A stretch of DNA of 64,000 nucleotides, from contig NC_068991.1 of the NCBI RefSeq assembly GCF_001194135.2, positions 23,054,184-23,118,183 on the forward strand, written 5' to 3'. A program made the position numbers and the translations under genes. Under the pieces are notes generated by a model. The model made no database searches and had not been told where the DNA came from. It worked only from the letters and a program-made list of their open reading frames with translations. Positions within the stretch are counted from its first letter, which is position 1. Each line of letters opens with the position of its first letter. Positions 39,204 to 53,200 of the stretch are shown one piece after another. The stretch is from Octopus bimaculoides. Lineage: Eukaryota.

Positions 39204-39999
39204 CCTAAGTTAATTCTTTTTCTTGAGATTTTAAAAATTGTCGAGTAAATTAAATTTTTTTTTTTTTTTTTTTCTTCAGAAAGTCTAATTTTTCATGCGT
39301 AAACATTTTTAAAATATATATTTTAAGTTTCGTATTGCGTAGTCAATTTCTTTTCACTTTCATTTTAAACATCTAAAACCTTGGGCCAACTTGTTATCCT
39401 CGTTTCAAGGCTGTAGAGCCATGAGAAAAACGAGTTACACATTCAATAGTGTAGATGGATTGTCATGGCTTTTCATCAAATGTGTCTTCGTACAGGACTA
39501 CACATCATCTAAACTTTCCTGCTCTACCCCTTTGACTATAATCTTGTAAATTCTCGCTTTGCTTACTCATCCTCTCACTATTCCGATTTGACTTCATCTT
39601 TGTTAGTTCTTTTGATGTTTTCATGTTAGGTATTTTATTCTTCTGAAAATGAACGTCGCAAATATGTGTTGCTAGGCCACCGAACGCCCGTCCCTCGTCT
39701 GGGAGCTCCTGGTCAGTTCTAACAGCACAGAGTAGAAAACTGATTTGTGTAAGACAATCTCTAGTGCTGCTGGTCATCGTAGTATTTACTTAATTTTGTG
39801 GTGGCCTCTAACAGGACCATTCAACATGAGAGAAATAACAACCAAATCCCCCTCAAATCAATTTACTGCATTTTAGAAAAGAATGGGAAGGCTTGAAGTG
39901 TCGTCGTACATGTTTGATATCAGACGTACTCAATCAGGGTTGACCTGATGCTAAAATAACAATTCTACTATTTGGGTCTTGGTTGTTTTTAATATGGTT

Positions 40000-41660
40000 C
40001 CCTCTGTTGCAAACATTCAGACCAGCTTCCTCCACCTTCCAGTTTGAAGTTTAATCTTGACCTTCCCTTGTAGAGTAACCATTGTTTCTGTGAAGGTACA
40101 AGTGTTAACGATTTCCATATGAAAGTCCCCTGTGAGTTAAACCCAAGGCATAGAACTCTTGGGAGGCTTCTCTATCAACTGTTGCATCCCATTCTGTAAC
40201 TGGTGCCCATCTGTTGTCACTGAATTTCAGCTAAACTTCTTACAAAGATTCATGTGGAGAGAGATGCTTTCCTCTTACCTTTCTTCCACCAAAACAGGCA
40301 AGGTAGAAGTCTATAAAAGATCAGTGTCAGCCTGCTGGACACTGCCCTTTTCTACATCTGAAGGCTTTATTATACCCGTTGGCTCTTTACATACACCATA
40401 TTGCTGATCTTAACAACCTACTACTAACATATATCATATTCTGCTCTGAAGCACAGTTCTCATCTTCAGTATTTAACTTTCCACTGTCTTGACTACACTA
40501 TATTTTGACTTCATTTTGAAAGATGATGTCAGTGTATATAGAATCCATTCTCTCCATCACTTACATTGATATTAGCCACATAGACTTCCGGTTACTCTGG
40601 TTCAAAACCTCTCTGAAAGTGTTCCAGCCATCACCACCAATTAATTGACTGTTTCATCCTGCATCGAGAACATCTGTATTATTTTACCTTTCTCTGAAGT
40701 CATCCTTTTTACTAACTGTAATAACACAATTCTGCACTGACATAGAGACTAAATCACTTGCTATTCTAAACCTTATCATTTATCAGTATCCTTTGCCAAC
40801 ATTCCAAATGCCCTTGACCTCTTTTTTCACTTAGCCAGTACTGCACCCGTCATATCATTTGACCATTTCTAATCAAAGCGACAAAGCTCAAGTCTTCCTC
40901 CTTCACAGTGCTTTTCTGCTTCCCAATTCTGGTAATTGAAGTTAGCAAACTGGTCAGAGCCCTACCAGTTTTAGGTTGACCACCCATGATGCAAAATGTA
41001 ATTAATCCCTGATTCTTTTGTGAGAGATAAGCAAGTTACTGAAGACTTCTACATAGGTGCTTCCTTTCCACATTCCTACACTGCACTGTAGAAGTACAGT
41101 CAAAGAATACTAAGTACAAGATCTACAAAAAGTCACTCACAACAGGGATTGTTTACCCGCTACTGCAATACCACAAATGACCATCAAGAGATTAAAAGAG
41201 ACTTTTGTGTATTTTACACCTGAGTCTTTTGGCTTTTGCTAAATGAGTTTCTACTAACTTTGCACAACCTTCTGCCTTCTCCTTCCCAACCAATATGTTT
41301 CTAAGCAGCTCTCCTGCTGATAAAAACCACCAAATCTGCTTTCCATTTTACTGTTTCTATAATATACCACCCACACATAACGAAATTCTTCACACTCTTT
41401 TTTTTTTTCTTCTCTGCCTATCTCATCACCATATTCATACAGTTTCCAAGTTCCTCTGTTTGTTCCAAAACAATACTGGTCCTGACATTTGTGTCTTCCA
41501 TACTCTCCAACAGTGCACTTCAGAAGTAGCTCTTGTCATTAGACTCTTCAATCTTTTTCCCTGCATGGATATATCACTAAACCTGCTAGAAGTAGCAGCC
41601 AAATCTCTCAAATCACACCGTACTGTTTTTCATAACCAGAAGGATACATTAGCACATTAA
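40000..41660 (-). mobile_element. Degenerate RTE LINE in ERH intron 1
   Basis: Decayed RT-like segments, and a 3' end (ggtctgaatgtttgcaac on the minus strand) shared with the LINE ends at about 45540 and 63690. Confidence 0.6.
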
Positions 41661-41820
41661 ATAATGTCTTGTATACCCCCCTCCAAAAAAATGTGCCATT
41701 CAAAATTGGAAAGGTCTTCTCAGTCAGTGTTGATCTGGGGTTAAACAATTACACATTTTGACCATTATATAGTGTCAACACTCCATCATGCTCAAAGTGT
41801 GTTCTGGTTAAAAAAATTGA

Positions 41821-42258
41821 AGTACTCTTTACTTGTTTCAGTCATTTGACTGCGGCCATGCTGGGGCACCGCCTTTAGTCGAGCAACTCGACCCCAGGAC
41901 TTATTCTTTGTAAGCCTAGTACTTATTCTATCGGTCTCTTTTTGCTAAACCGCCAAGTTACGGGGACGCAAACACACCAGAATTGGTCNNNNNNNNNNNN
42001 NNNNNNNNNNNNNNNNNNNNNNNNNNNNNNNNNNNNNNNNNNNNNNNNNNNNCAAACATAGACACACAAACATATACACATATATACATATACATATATA
42101 CGACGGGCTTCTTTCATTTTCCGTCTACCAAATCCACTCACAAGGCTTTGGTTGGCCCGAGGCTATAGTAGAAGACACTTGCCCAAGGTGTCACGCAGTG
42201 GGCCTGAACCCAGAACCATGTGGTTGGTAAGCAAGCTACTTACCACACAACCACTCCT
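41821..42258 (-). mobile_element. tRNA/CORE-type SINE
   Basis: Colinear with 35941-36310. Contains a gap at 41989-42052. Confidence 0.85.
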
Positions 42259-43899
42259 AAATACTATTTTTTTTTTTCCATCCTTTCCTTCATTTCACTG
42301 TCTGCTTACTGACTACCTGTTCAGTGTGATGACTATTTCTCTCTTTTTCTTTCTCTCCCTTATTCTCAGTATGGCCACTGCATGATAAGAACAGGTAAAC
42401 CAGCAAAGAAAGAACACCTGATGTGGCACCTTAAATAGCTACTGTTGTTTTGTTCCATGTTAGCTCTGATCAAGCAGTGCTTTGATCAAAGTATTTCAGC
42501 CAAGACCTTCCCATTTTATTTTCAAGCAGTATCCACAGTTACTTCATTTAATGTGTTCTTTCCTAAGATGGTAGAAACGATTTGGTTGCTATTTCTAGCT
42601 GGTTGAGCAGTCATGCAGAGATTCCCTGAAATTATTAAAATTTTCTTTTCTTATTGCAGACTTTGCTATTTAACTTGTATTTTATGATACAGACTTTGCT
42701 GTTTAACATTGTCCACTGTCAGTAGAGATTTTATTTCTGAATTTGCGCATTACACAGCTAACAACAGTAATACCATATTCTCTCTCTTTTTATTTTCTCT
42801 TATTCCTTTTCTGTTGAAGAGTGTCAGATTGAAATGTAAAAAAACTTTTTCATTTTCCTGAGCGTCAAACTAATACACCTGCTTGTTGTTCATATACCTG
42901 TCTTCGTCTTTTGTTTTTCTATAAATTTCAACTATATATATATATACACACACACATATATATATATATACACACACACACATATATATAACATTTGATC
43001 ACTTGTTTTCTGTATTCAAAATTTGGACAGAACTCATAGGACAACCTGATACAGACAAATGTGTTGTCAATGATCTTTAAACACTATATGGGATATTTTC
43101 ATCGTATCAAGAGTTGCAAGCCTAGTTTGACAGTTGAGTTTTAGTCATTAAGTGAGAAGTACTGGCTGCGATTGAATAGAAAACATTTAGAATGTATGCA
43201 AATGCTATGCCTCTTGTGGATGTAGCTATTAAAGCAAAGCCTATAATTTAGTTAATGGTCACCAGACAAGCCAAAACAGAATAGTTTAGTCAAGTGCTGA
43301 CTATTTGTAAAAAAATGTTAGCAAAGCACTTACAGCACAAACAATTGCCATTTGACTTACTGAACTGTGACAAAAGCTGTAAGTGTTTTTGTAACTTGAA
43401 TGCTATTTTATGGAAGTAATGTGTTGTCAAACCAGGTCTGCAACTCAAGTATGATGGAAATACTCCATACATGATGTCCTTATGCATTGTCTATATACTT
43501 TAGACACTGTGTATGTATGTGTATCCATGTATATAGATGTGTGTGTAAATAGTTTGCATATCTTGTAAGCTGTATACAGTAATATACTGGGATTTTTTGC
43601 AGTTTATGTAAGAAACGTTTTTCACAGACATGAAGAATATAAAATCTTACCCAAACAGTATCTACAATAGATTTAGTGATAGTGATCCAAGAATCAGTTG
43701 TATTTATCTTCCCTTTACTCTCCTGAGCATTAGCATCAAGCCTGAAAAAAAAAGCCATACAGCTGCACCCACTCCACTATACTCTGAACCAGTGTAGAAG
43801 CACATACATGATCACTTGACCTGTTAGAAATAGCAACCAAATTTTCATGAACACTTTATTACTAAACTTAAAAAAGGAAGGGCACTTTAATTAATGTAG

Positions 43900-44240
43900 T
43901 CCTGGAAACATGCTGAGGTCCCCTTCGGTCATGACTGACCATGGGATTGCACCTAGAAAGTTACCTTCCCAGGCACAAGTCCGGGCAAGGTTGTTTATGG
44001 AAGACCAGCAGTTGCCCATGCATACCGGCCTCCCCTCTCCATGCCTCCAGTGTTATCCAAGGGAAAGGCAAAGGCCGATACAGCTTGGTACCTGTGACGT
44101 CGCAACTCATTTCTACAGCTGAGTGAACTGGAGCAACGTGAAATAAAGTGTCTTGCTCAAGAACACAGCATGCAGCCCGGTCCGGGATTCAAACTCACAA
44201 CCTCATGATTGTAAGCTCAACGTTCTAACCACTGAGCGAG
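43900..44240 (-). mobile_element. tRNA-derived SINE just upstream of ERH exon 2
   Basis: Minus-strand head CTCAGTGGTTAGAACGTTGAGCTTACAATCATGAGGTTGTGAGTTTGAATCCCGG, then GTGTTCTTGAGCAAGACAC. Confidence 0.75.
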
Positions 44241-44469
44241 GTGCTTTCACATACCTGGAAACATGTCTATATAAAAGGCAAGATGGTCATGATTGAAATA
44301 CTTTGGCTTGGTCAGTACAAACATGAGTCCGTCTAAAGAACAACAACCATACTTCTTACATTGACTGTTTTTTAAATTATATACACATATGTACAATGTG
44401 ATATATGTATATATACATACACTGTTCTCATCCTCATATGTAAATGTTTTTTTTTCCCTCTCATTGTAG

Positions 44470-44984
44470 TCTCACACCATTATGTTAATTCAACCTAATC
44501 CGAAACCAGAAACTCGAACTTATTCAGATTATGAATCCCTGACTGATTGCCTTGAAGGTTTGTATATTGCAATATTTTATCTCTTTAGGTTCCAAATTTG
44601 AATCCTACCAACGTAGATTTTGTTCTTCATCCTTCTTGAGTTGATAAAATAAGTATCTGTGAAATACCGAGTTCAATTTAATCAACTGTTTTTCTCCCTC
44701 ATCCTCAAATTGTGGTCTTGTGCTTATGTTAGAATTTAGTATTGATTTCAAATTGTGGCACAAGACCAGCAATTTCAGGGGTGGGGGTTTAGTCAATTAC
44801 ATTGATTCCAGTGCTCAACTGGTACTTATTTTATCGACCTCAAAAGGATGAAAGGCAATATCAGCTTATGTCTTCACAAACATTTGATCACTATAAACAA
44901 ATCATCTGTGTGGTTGTTCGGTAAGAAAGTGTTGAACTCTCACACATCGTCTAACGACAGGGGATTCCTTCATATGTGTGTGTT

Positions 44985-45015
<31 letters not shown>

Positions 45016-45287
45016 NNNNNNNNNNNNNNNNNNNNNNNNNNNNNNNNNNNNNNNNNNNNNNNNNNNNNNNNNNNNNNNNNNNNNNNNNNNNNNNNNNNNN
45101 NNNNNNNNNNNNNNNNNNNNNNNNNNNNNNNNNNNNNNNNNNNNNNNNNNNNNNNNNNNNNNNNNNNNNNNNNNNNNNNNNNNNNNNNNNNNNNNNNNNN
45201 NNNNNNNNNNNNNNNNNNNNNNNNNNNNNNNNNNNNNNNNNNNNNNNNNNNNNNNNNNNNNNNNNNNNNNNNNNNNNNNNNNNNNNN

Positions 45288-45329
<42 letters not shown>

Positions 45330-48241
45330 ACACACTTCTATAACAGATTTCAGAGGAAATAATAATGGGATACTTGGTAGATCTGTTCAGTCTTACTGTC
45401 ATGGAAAAACTGACAGTAACCTCATGATGGCAGTAGTAATACAATCCATACACTGTTTCACTGAATTGTAATTTTTTTTTAATGGCTTAATGAGGAGTCT
45501 CAGTGATTAAAGGGGGAAGTTATCTTCACACTGGAGGCCTGGCCTGAATGCTTGCAGCAAAGAGGGTTTTGCTAAAGGCACCCAAGAGCCATGTGAAGGA
45601 CTTCTACACAGCTAAATTTCATTCACGGCCAAAGCTATGATAGGAAACACTTGTCCAAGCTGTTGTGAAATGAACTTAAGTACATAACCATATCTATAGC
45701 TAGACAATATGAAAAGAACATCACTTTAGTAATGTTTTATTACCTCAATGATGGGCATAATCGTCTTGAGCCTGAGTTTTGAAAGAACCTTTACATTACA
45801 TGCCGTACTCAATGTTTTACATTTTCAGGCAGTGATGATATTTAAAATGTACAATTTACAAAAACAAAAGTATACACTGTTAGACAATCATGTACACATT
45901 TTTATGTCTATTTTAGCAATTTAACATGAAATGGTAACGTGATTTCAATTGCCTTTTCATGCCTTTAACCTTTTAGCATTTAAACTGTCCGTATCTAGTC
46001 CAAATATTCTCTCTGCTATATGTGTAAACTGGCTAGATCAAGCCTCCCATACATACTCTACAATTTCATTCTAAAAATATACAATCACACTGAAATCTTG
46101 AAGCTATGAGATAATGCAGGATTAATTCAAAACAATGTGAATAAAAAAGCAGTTCATTTAACAGAATAATGTGAATGCTAAAGGATTAAGTATTTTTCTT
46201 TTTTGTTATCTTTCAATTCTTAGCATGAAATTATATTGGGTAATCCCATAAATAATGCAGTCTTTTCAATTGCATAAACCAAAAGTCGGAGGAGCACAGG
46301 ATAAACTACCTGCATCAACTTGTTATAAAAGCAGGTAGTAATTTTAACTTGTCCTTATTCTTAGTGCAAGTTTTGAAGAGTGCAGTTCGATTTTAACAGT
46401 TTTTTTTTTTCAAAGCTATAACAGAAACGACAAAGGAGTATATTTGGCATATTTTGCTTTAGTTGTTCAATAAATGCAACAACACAATGGAACGTGCAAG
46501 GAATATTAATGCAGTATATGGAGATTGAACAGTAAGCATAAGCCAGTGTCAACCTTGGTTCCAGAAATTCTGAGCCAGAAACTACTGCCTGGAAGATCTG
46601 TAGAGCTTGACGAGGACATCTTGCAAACCCTGGTGGTACAAAATCCCATTGAAACTGTTAAGGAACTAACAGAGAAGCTTGGGTCTGGTCATTCAAGTCA
46701 GCACTAAAAGAAAAATGACCATCTTTGGTTTCAATACGAAAGGTGTTCTTCCATCAGGATAATGCTTGGCTACATAAGCAAGGATGACATTCCAAAAGCT
46801 GAAGCAGTTTGAATGGGAAACTATGCCCCACCCACCATATTTGCTGGACTCTGCAGTCTTCAAAATCATTTGGATGGAAAAAATATGAATTCTGTAGATG
46901 AGGTCAGAACAGTATTGGAGGAGTATTTTTCGTGACGGATAAGTGAATTTTGAAAGAAGGGTTTTGCAAGTCAACCAGGGAGATGAAAGAGCTTTGTAGA
47001 AAATGAAGGAGAGTATATTTTAGATTAAAAAAGTTTATCTTAATTTTGAAAAATAAAAGAAGTAAACAAAAAAAAAAACTGCATTATTTATTGGATGACC
47101 CAATATTATTGCTGTAGAACCATTTGAAATCAGTTCACTCCTACGGCTAAGTTTCAAGATTGTTTTTTTTACTTCTCTTGGGAAGATTGACTAAATATAT
47201 TGTTTGTTTGCAGGAATTTGCAAAATCTATGAAGAACATCTGAAGAGGATGAACCCAGCTTGTCCTTCCATCACATATGATATTAGTCAGTTGTTTGATT
47301 TTATTGATGAACTCACTGATCTGTCATGTCTTGTGTAAGTACTTTACTTCCAAACTTCATATTGCCTTTTATAGTATAGATATACACACACACATTATAC
47401 ATACAGGTGGCCCAGTGGTTAGGGCAGCGGACTCGTGGTCATAGGATCGCGGTTTCGATTCCCAGACCGGGCATTGTAAGTGTTTATTGAGCGAAAACAC
47501 CTAAAGCTCCACGAGGCTCCAGCAGGGGATGGTGGTGAACCCTGCTGTACGCTTTCACAACTTTCTCTCACTCTTACTTCCTGTTTCTGTTGTGCCTGTA
47601 ATTCAAAGGGTCAGCCTTGTCACACTGAATATCTCTGAGAACTACGTTAAGGGTACACTTGTCTGTGGAGTGCTCAGCCACTTGCACGTTAATTTCACGA
47701 GCAAGCTGTTCTGTTGATCGGATCAACAGGAACCCACGACATCGTAAGCGACGGAGTGTCAACAAAAATTAAAAAATTTACACACACACAAACCTACAGC
47801 CTCTGCCCTACAGTTTTTAAACTGCCTTTGGATAATGTAGCGCAAGGTATACTGGCCCAGAGGTAAAAAAATAGGAGTCACAGCAGTATGCTCTTCTCGA
47901 TCAGGACTCACCTGGAGTTAAATAAGCATATTCATTGCTAATTCTATAAAACAATTATGAAGTTTTTGTTAACATGTCTCTTTTATGTCTGACTATTATC
48001 ACACTTTGTTTAATTGCAAAGGATTTTGACTACAGGTGATTCTTTTAAAGAAATAGTGAATTTTATTTGGGATTTTAAAAATAAAAGTTAACAAAATTTT
48101 CTTCTTACAAAACCTAAAAGGTTAAATTTTTCTTCTTTCATCAGATTCCAAAAATCTACTGGGACTTATGTTCCACACAACAAAGAGTGGATGAAGGAGA
48201 AAATCTATATAATGCTGCGGAAACAAGCTGGATCAGGTTAA
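44470..48241 (+). CDS. ERH: Enhancer of rudimentary homolog, coding exons 2-4 (102 aa with the initiator Met)
   Basis: Exons 44470-44557, 47214-47334 and 48145-48241 are GT-AG and in frame: (M)[107 protein letters not shown] at 48531-48536. Confidence 0.96.
45969..46185. mobile_element. TTAA-flanked MITE (piggyBac-like ends)
   Basis: TTAA|CCTTTTAGCATT...AATGCTAAAGGA|TTAA. A related sequence lies at about 29265-29440. Confidence 0.6.
46236..47103 (+). mobile_element. Degenerate mariner with intact TIRs in ERH intron 2
   Basis: Left TIR TTGGGTAATCCCATAAATAATGCAG and right TIR (reverse complement) TTGGGTCATCCAATAAATAATGCAG, TA flanks. Remnant HQDNA and PHPPY motifs. It belongs to a different family from the 23956 element. 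Confidence 0.85.
47405..47762 (+). mobile_element. tRNA-derived SINE in ERH intron 3
   Basis: TGGCCCAGTGG A-box and GGTTTCGATTCC B-box. Conserved body TTAAGGGTACAC...CACTTGCACGTTAATTTCACGAG. Confidence 0.8.
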
Positions 48242-49900
48242 AGCAAGCAGAACCACACTATCTCTGTTCATTTTTATTTCATCATTTTTTTTTTTTTTTT
48301 TTTGAACAAATGAAAAAAAATTATTCTGCAGTTAGGCAACTATTTAACATTTAGATACCTTTGTCATATTGACCATTTTTCATATCTTAGCTATGTCATA
48401 TTTTTATGATAACTAACATCTCAAATATCATGTTAATTCATGGCTTTGATTGGTTCTATGAAAGTCAGGCCTCATATAAAAGAAAACTTTGATATTGAGA
48501 GATATTTGCCTCTTTTGGAATTAAATAGCAAATAAATATTTTTTAATAAGACTAAAATATATTGCTATGGTGAAGCTATCCAGCAGAAATCTCAGCAATG
48601 CGTGGCAAATATCCTTAATATTGTTATAAGGTGTGTATCAGTTTGTGGAATTTTTGACATCCATCTGGAAATATTTTGTAAACAGTCTGTTCCCATCTCT
48701 TACATTTCATGTTTCCATAACAATGGATGATTATTTTAAATTTACAGAAAACTCATGTTTCAAAAATATCTGAATAAAAGTATTTCTAAAATATTTTGTG
48801 ATCACTTGTCTCATTAAATACTTTCCCATATAACAGAACTGCAATTGTACATAGAATCATTTTAGTACCTCAAAAATCATGTAGTAGTTACACAAGAAAG
48901 CAAAACTAGCCATGGTATGTGTTGAGCTAAAAACAAGAGATGGAATGGAGGAAGGTTAAATATTAAGATTTTGATGACAACTTCAAAAGTTAGAACTTTG
49001 GTAAGGAGTATACTGGAAGATACTATCACACTCCAAGTGAAGACTTGGAGTGAGATGGTTTACTAAAGCTTGCTCTGAGGTCCACTTGTGCAACAATATA
49101 GAATAATTTGCATGAAAGTGTAGCAATAGTGAAAAATTAATATTAGTCTATTTTGGTAAAGCAGTGTTGGAATGTTTAGAAAGATGCTTTATTTGCAGAC
49201 TTGTTTGAACAATAGAGGAGGGTAACACTGGTAGAGAATCATACTTAAAACAAAACTCATCAACTTCGTTACACTTGTATAGTTAAAACAGCTTTTCTGT
49301 CTGACATGCAAAACTCAGTGAACCCTTAAATGTGTTTTAGTAAAAAAACATTTTATTTATGCTTGAAAATAAAAGGAAACTTAAAAACATAATCAAGTTT
49401 GTGACATTCCAAAAAAAGCATTTAACTTCCAATAGAAAATAACCAGAACATTTTAAAACTAATGGATGAAATGAATATTTAAAAAAAAAATTAACATTTA
49501 ACAATCTTAAGTTTGGGAAAGAATTTTAAAGAAAAACAATTATTAGAATTGTAAGTTAAAAATTGTCAAAGAACAATTATATAGTTAATAATGTTGCATA
49601 TTTAAAAATTCTTTATTTCATCAAATAACTTAGTTCTTTTAACCAGAGGTTAATAACATAAAGAAAGACAAATCAGGGGAAATACAGTGTACAGATCAGA
49701 TCAGATTGTTTGTTAATATAAGAAATCCCTTAATAATTGTGTTCTATGGAAAGAGGGGTAAGTTTTAACTCTTTTGTCACCATATTTCTGTTAGCATATA
49801 CTTCCTTTGCTTCAATTTTTTTGACAGAAGGTTTTAATTTAGATCACATTAAAAGAGGAAGTTCATATTTTTGCAACTACAGGCGATGTCATGAGAGTAG

Positions 49901-49990
49901 GTATCAAAAGAGTGAATCTTAAATTTTCAGCAAAAATGCCAATAGGTATCAAAAGGGCTAAACAATCTTAAGTTTTCAGCAAAAATGCTA
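49901..49990. repeat. Short imperfect tandem duplication (about 45 bp x 2)
   Basis: ggtatcaaaag...aatcttaa.ttttcagcaaaaatgc occurs twice. Confidence 0.75.
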
Positions 49991-50142
49991 GTACTCTGAG
50001 TTTCATGTTGCTCCTCCTTCGGCTGACAATCTAAGCCGCCTGTTGTCTCTCAAATCATCAGATTTTTTAAAAAATAAATTTTCATTTATGAAAGCATACC
50101 AGAAAAATGATTATCATGATATTTTACAGAACTGTATTTATA

Positions 50143-50187
<45 letters not shown>

Positions 50188-50399
50188 TCACACGTGTGTG
50201 TGTGTNNNNNNNNNNTGTGTGTGTGTGTGTGTGTATGTATGTATATATATATATATATATATATATTCACACGTGTGTGTGTGTTTATAAATACTTTTCT
50301 GGCAGAGAAATAGATTGAGGTTGTGAGGGTATGTAACAATTATTAAGCTAAGGCTAGTTACAGCCAATAAACTAGCAAATAACTTCTGCCTGTGTACCA

Positions 50400-53200
50400 C
50401 AGCAAGGACTGGCAGATAAATAAACCATTTCTATGAGGTACTCTTGAAGATGACCTATTAATAGTGGCTTGGGATTTCAATAGCCATGTTGAACAACACA
50501 AGGATGGGTATGAAAATGTATATTGGAGCTATGGCTGTAGCAAAAGGAATAAAGAAGGGTCCAAATTGGTTTAGCTTTCGAGAAGTGCTTCAACATTTTT
50601 GCAATACAAATTTTAAAAGGTCAGCCTACCACTCAAGCAAATATGCAAGCTAGAAAGACTTTATACTTAACAGAAAACAAGACGGGCAATTGGCTGTGAA
50701 TACTTTTTTCCTAAGTGAAGACTGTATTATATAGCATAGAATAATGACCTCGACATAAGGACTAGATGAACTTAAAGATAGAAAACCCAACAAGAAAAAG
50801 GTGTTGAAACTGAAAGATTTTTTGCCTTATGTAAGTTCAAAGTAGGACCAAGCAATGCCTATGATGAGGAGATACAGGATTGACATGAGACAAGACAACC
50901 TGCTAAGAGCAACAATCAGAGAGTGACATAATGGTGGAATTGTATACCGTCATCAGATAAAAAAAACAGGTCTGGAAAAGTGAGCAGTTGGTGGTGGAGT
51001 CGAGGTTAATGTCAGATATACCTAGCAAGGGAAAAAGCTGGAAGAAGTTTGCCTATGTTCTAGATTACAAAATAGTGGATCATATATCATCTCTGTTTAT
51101 AGTTTTATTTGTTTGCATTGGCTGTGTGGTTAAGAAGCTAACTTTACAACCACATGGCTTCATGCTCAGTCCCATTGCATGTCACCTTGGGAAAATGTCT
51201 ACTACTATAGACCTGAGCTAACCAATGCCTTGTGAGTGAATTTGGTTGACAGAAACTGTGTGAAAACTTGCCATGTATATGTGTGCCCAATTCATCTCTT
51301 GACAACCAGTATTGGTTTATTTACACCCCCATAACTTAGTGGTTTGGTAAAAGAGACCAACAGAATAGGTACCAAACTTAAGAGTCAGTACTGGGGTTTA
51401 TTTGTTCAACTAAACCTGTTAAGGCAATGACTGAAACAATAAAAAATAGAGATAACTATTTATCAATACATCTTGTAAATATATATAATGTGTTGCAAGA
51501 AGTCTGCATTTGCTCATGTAGCAGTTTAAAATATGCTCTCACATATGTAGTTCTTGCAGTTAGTGTACTTGTTTACTGTTCTATTTTTAAAACCTCCAGC
51601 TCCCCATCACCTCTAAAAATTAGCCTGATGCACTTGTTTACATCCTTTCTGTAGACATGTTTTTTTTTTTTTATATATATATATTCTAACCACTCCTTTA
51701 AAACTGTAGACTTTTCCTTCACATTTTTTAGTTCTGACAGCTCACTGACTCTCTCTCCTCTTCCTGCCCAGCTTGTTGGTCTGTATTTGCTTCTTTTGTC
51801 CTGTTTTCCTAGTTATCTCCCACTTAACTGACATAGGTCATGCTCCGAAATTTGACCCCTCTTTTACTTCCATCCATGTCAGCCAGCTCACACTGACTTT
51901 TACTCCTCTTCACCTACATCTACCCATCCATCACTTTTTTCCATTTCTCATTTAACAATTTTGTCTTTGGAGACTATGTTTTAATAAACATAGTATCTTT
52001 CTAAAGGACAAGTGTTTGAAATGTTGGATTTTTAAAATCTCTAACAACAAATCAATGTACTATAATTTATTTTTCTTCTACAAAGAACAGAAGTTCTTAG
52101 CTAAGTGCTAGCCACTATACCTACCATACATTAACATGGAAGCCTTTAACAAAGTATCTCACTTTGTAGTCTGGTGATCACTAACTCAGTGTAGATAAAT
52201 GGTTTGCAAAGGCTGCGGAAGACAAGCAGTGTTGCTGTTAGCAAGGTAAGAATTGGCAATGAGTTCACTAAGGGATTTAGTGTGCAGATTGGGGTTCTCC
52301 AAAGCTTGGTTCTCATCTTTCTTCTGTTTATTATTGTTCCCTCTGCTGTAATAAAGGAGTATAGGACCAGCTGTACCTGGAAACTAAACTCCTGCATGCT
52401 AACAACCTAGTTTTAATAGCCTAATCATTTAAAGAATTACAGGAAAAGTTCCAAACATGGAAGCAGGGCTTAGAACCAAGAGGTTTAAAATGTAAACCTA
52501 GGAAAGACAACGTTTCAGTTAACAAGATAGAACATGTAACTCATCTGGAAAATGGCCATGCTCAATATACACCAAAAGAACAGGTAGAAATTCTATATAC
52601 TGACAATCAATGTAAACTATAGATACAAAAGTCACAGCAAGTTCACAGAGAAGTAATATGCAGCAGATGTACAGCAGTAAGATCACTCATGACATGAATT
52701 ATTTCAACTGTAGAGGTTTGCAAGAAGTAGTTGATAGCTTCTTTTACTTAGGTAGTGAAGGTATGTAAAGCAAAAATGTAACAGCCAGAGTAAGGATGAG
52801 AGGGAAAAAAAATTAAGGAAACTATTATCTCTGCTGACAATAAAAGGTTTCTTTCTTCATGTGAGGAACAGATTTTATGGCGAATGTCCGTGAAATGTGG
52901 TAGTAAAACATGAGCACTAGATGCAAAGGATGTGTGGGGATTAGAAAGAAATGAAATGAGCATGCTCCACTGAATACATTGTTAGCATATATGAATGATA
53001 GAGTACAAATGAGCAATGTCCAAGAGAGAAAGAAGATTGTAGTAGTATGGAGATGCGATGTATATGAAGAATGTGAGTTTAATGACGTCCCTAATGATCC
53101 AAGTAGAAAGAGCCTGCAGGAGATAAAGGCTAAAGCAAATGTAGGAAGACATGTTGAAAGCTAATTTGAGAATGTTAACCCACATAGAGATGACAGGAAT
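50400..53200 (+). mobile_element. Fragmented RTE LINE (endonuclease and RT remnants) between ERH and PIGH
   Basis: About 50460: DFNSHVEQHKDGYE (APE-like). ORF 52204: VSKVRIGNEFTKGFSVQIGVLQ..LFIIV (RT GVxQG motif). Interrupted by a SINE at about 51115-51430. Confidence 0.7.

Noticed and set aside
42811-42925. Penelope-like terminus with CTGTTGAAG...GAAATGT as a hammerhead ribozyme
   Set aside because: Both catalytic boxes are mutated and the stems do not pair. At most an inert relic.
47405-47475. tRNA-like sequences (also 10342, 44170-44240 and the heads of the CORE-type SINEs)
   Set aside because: They have A/B boxes but no complete cloverleaf or acceptor stem, and they continue into SINE bodies.
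50140-50290. Duplicated (GT)n(AT)n-TTCACACGTG block around a 10-N gap
   Set aside because: Most likely a false duplication from unmerged contig ends.
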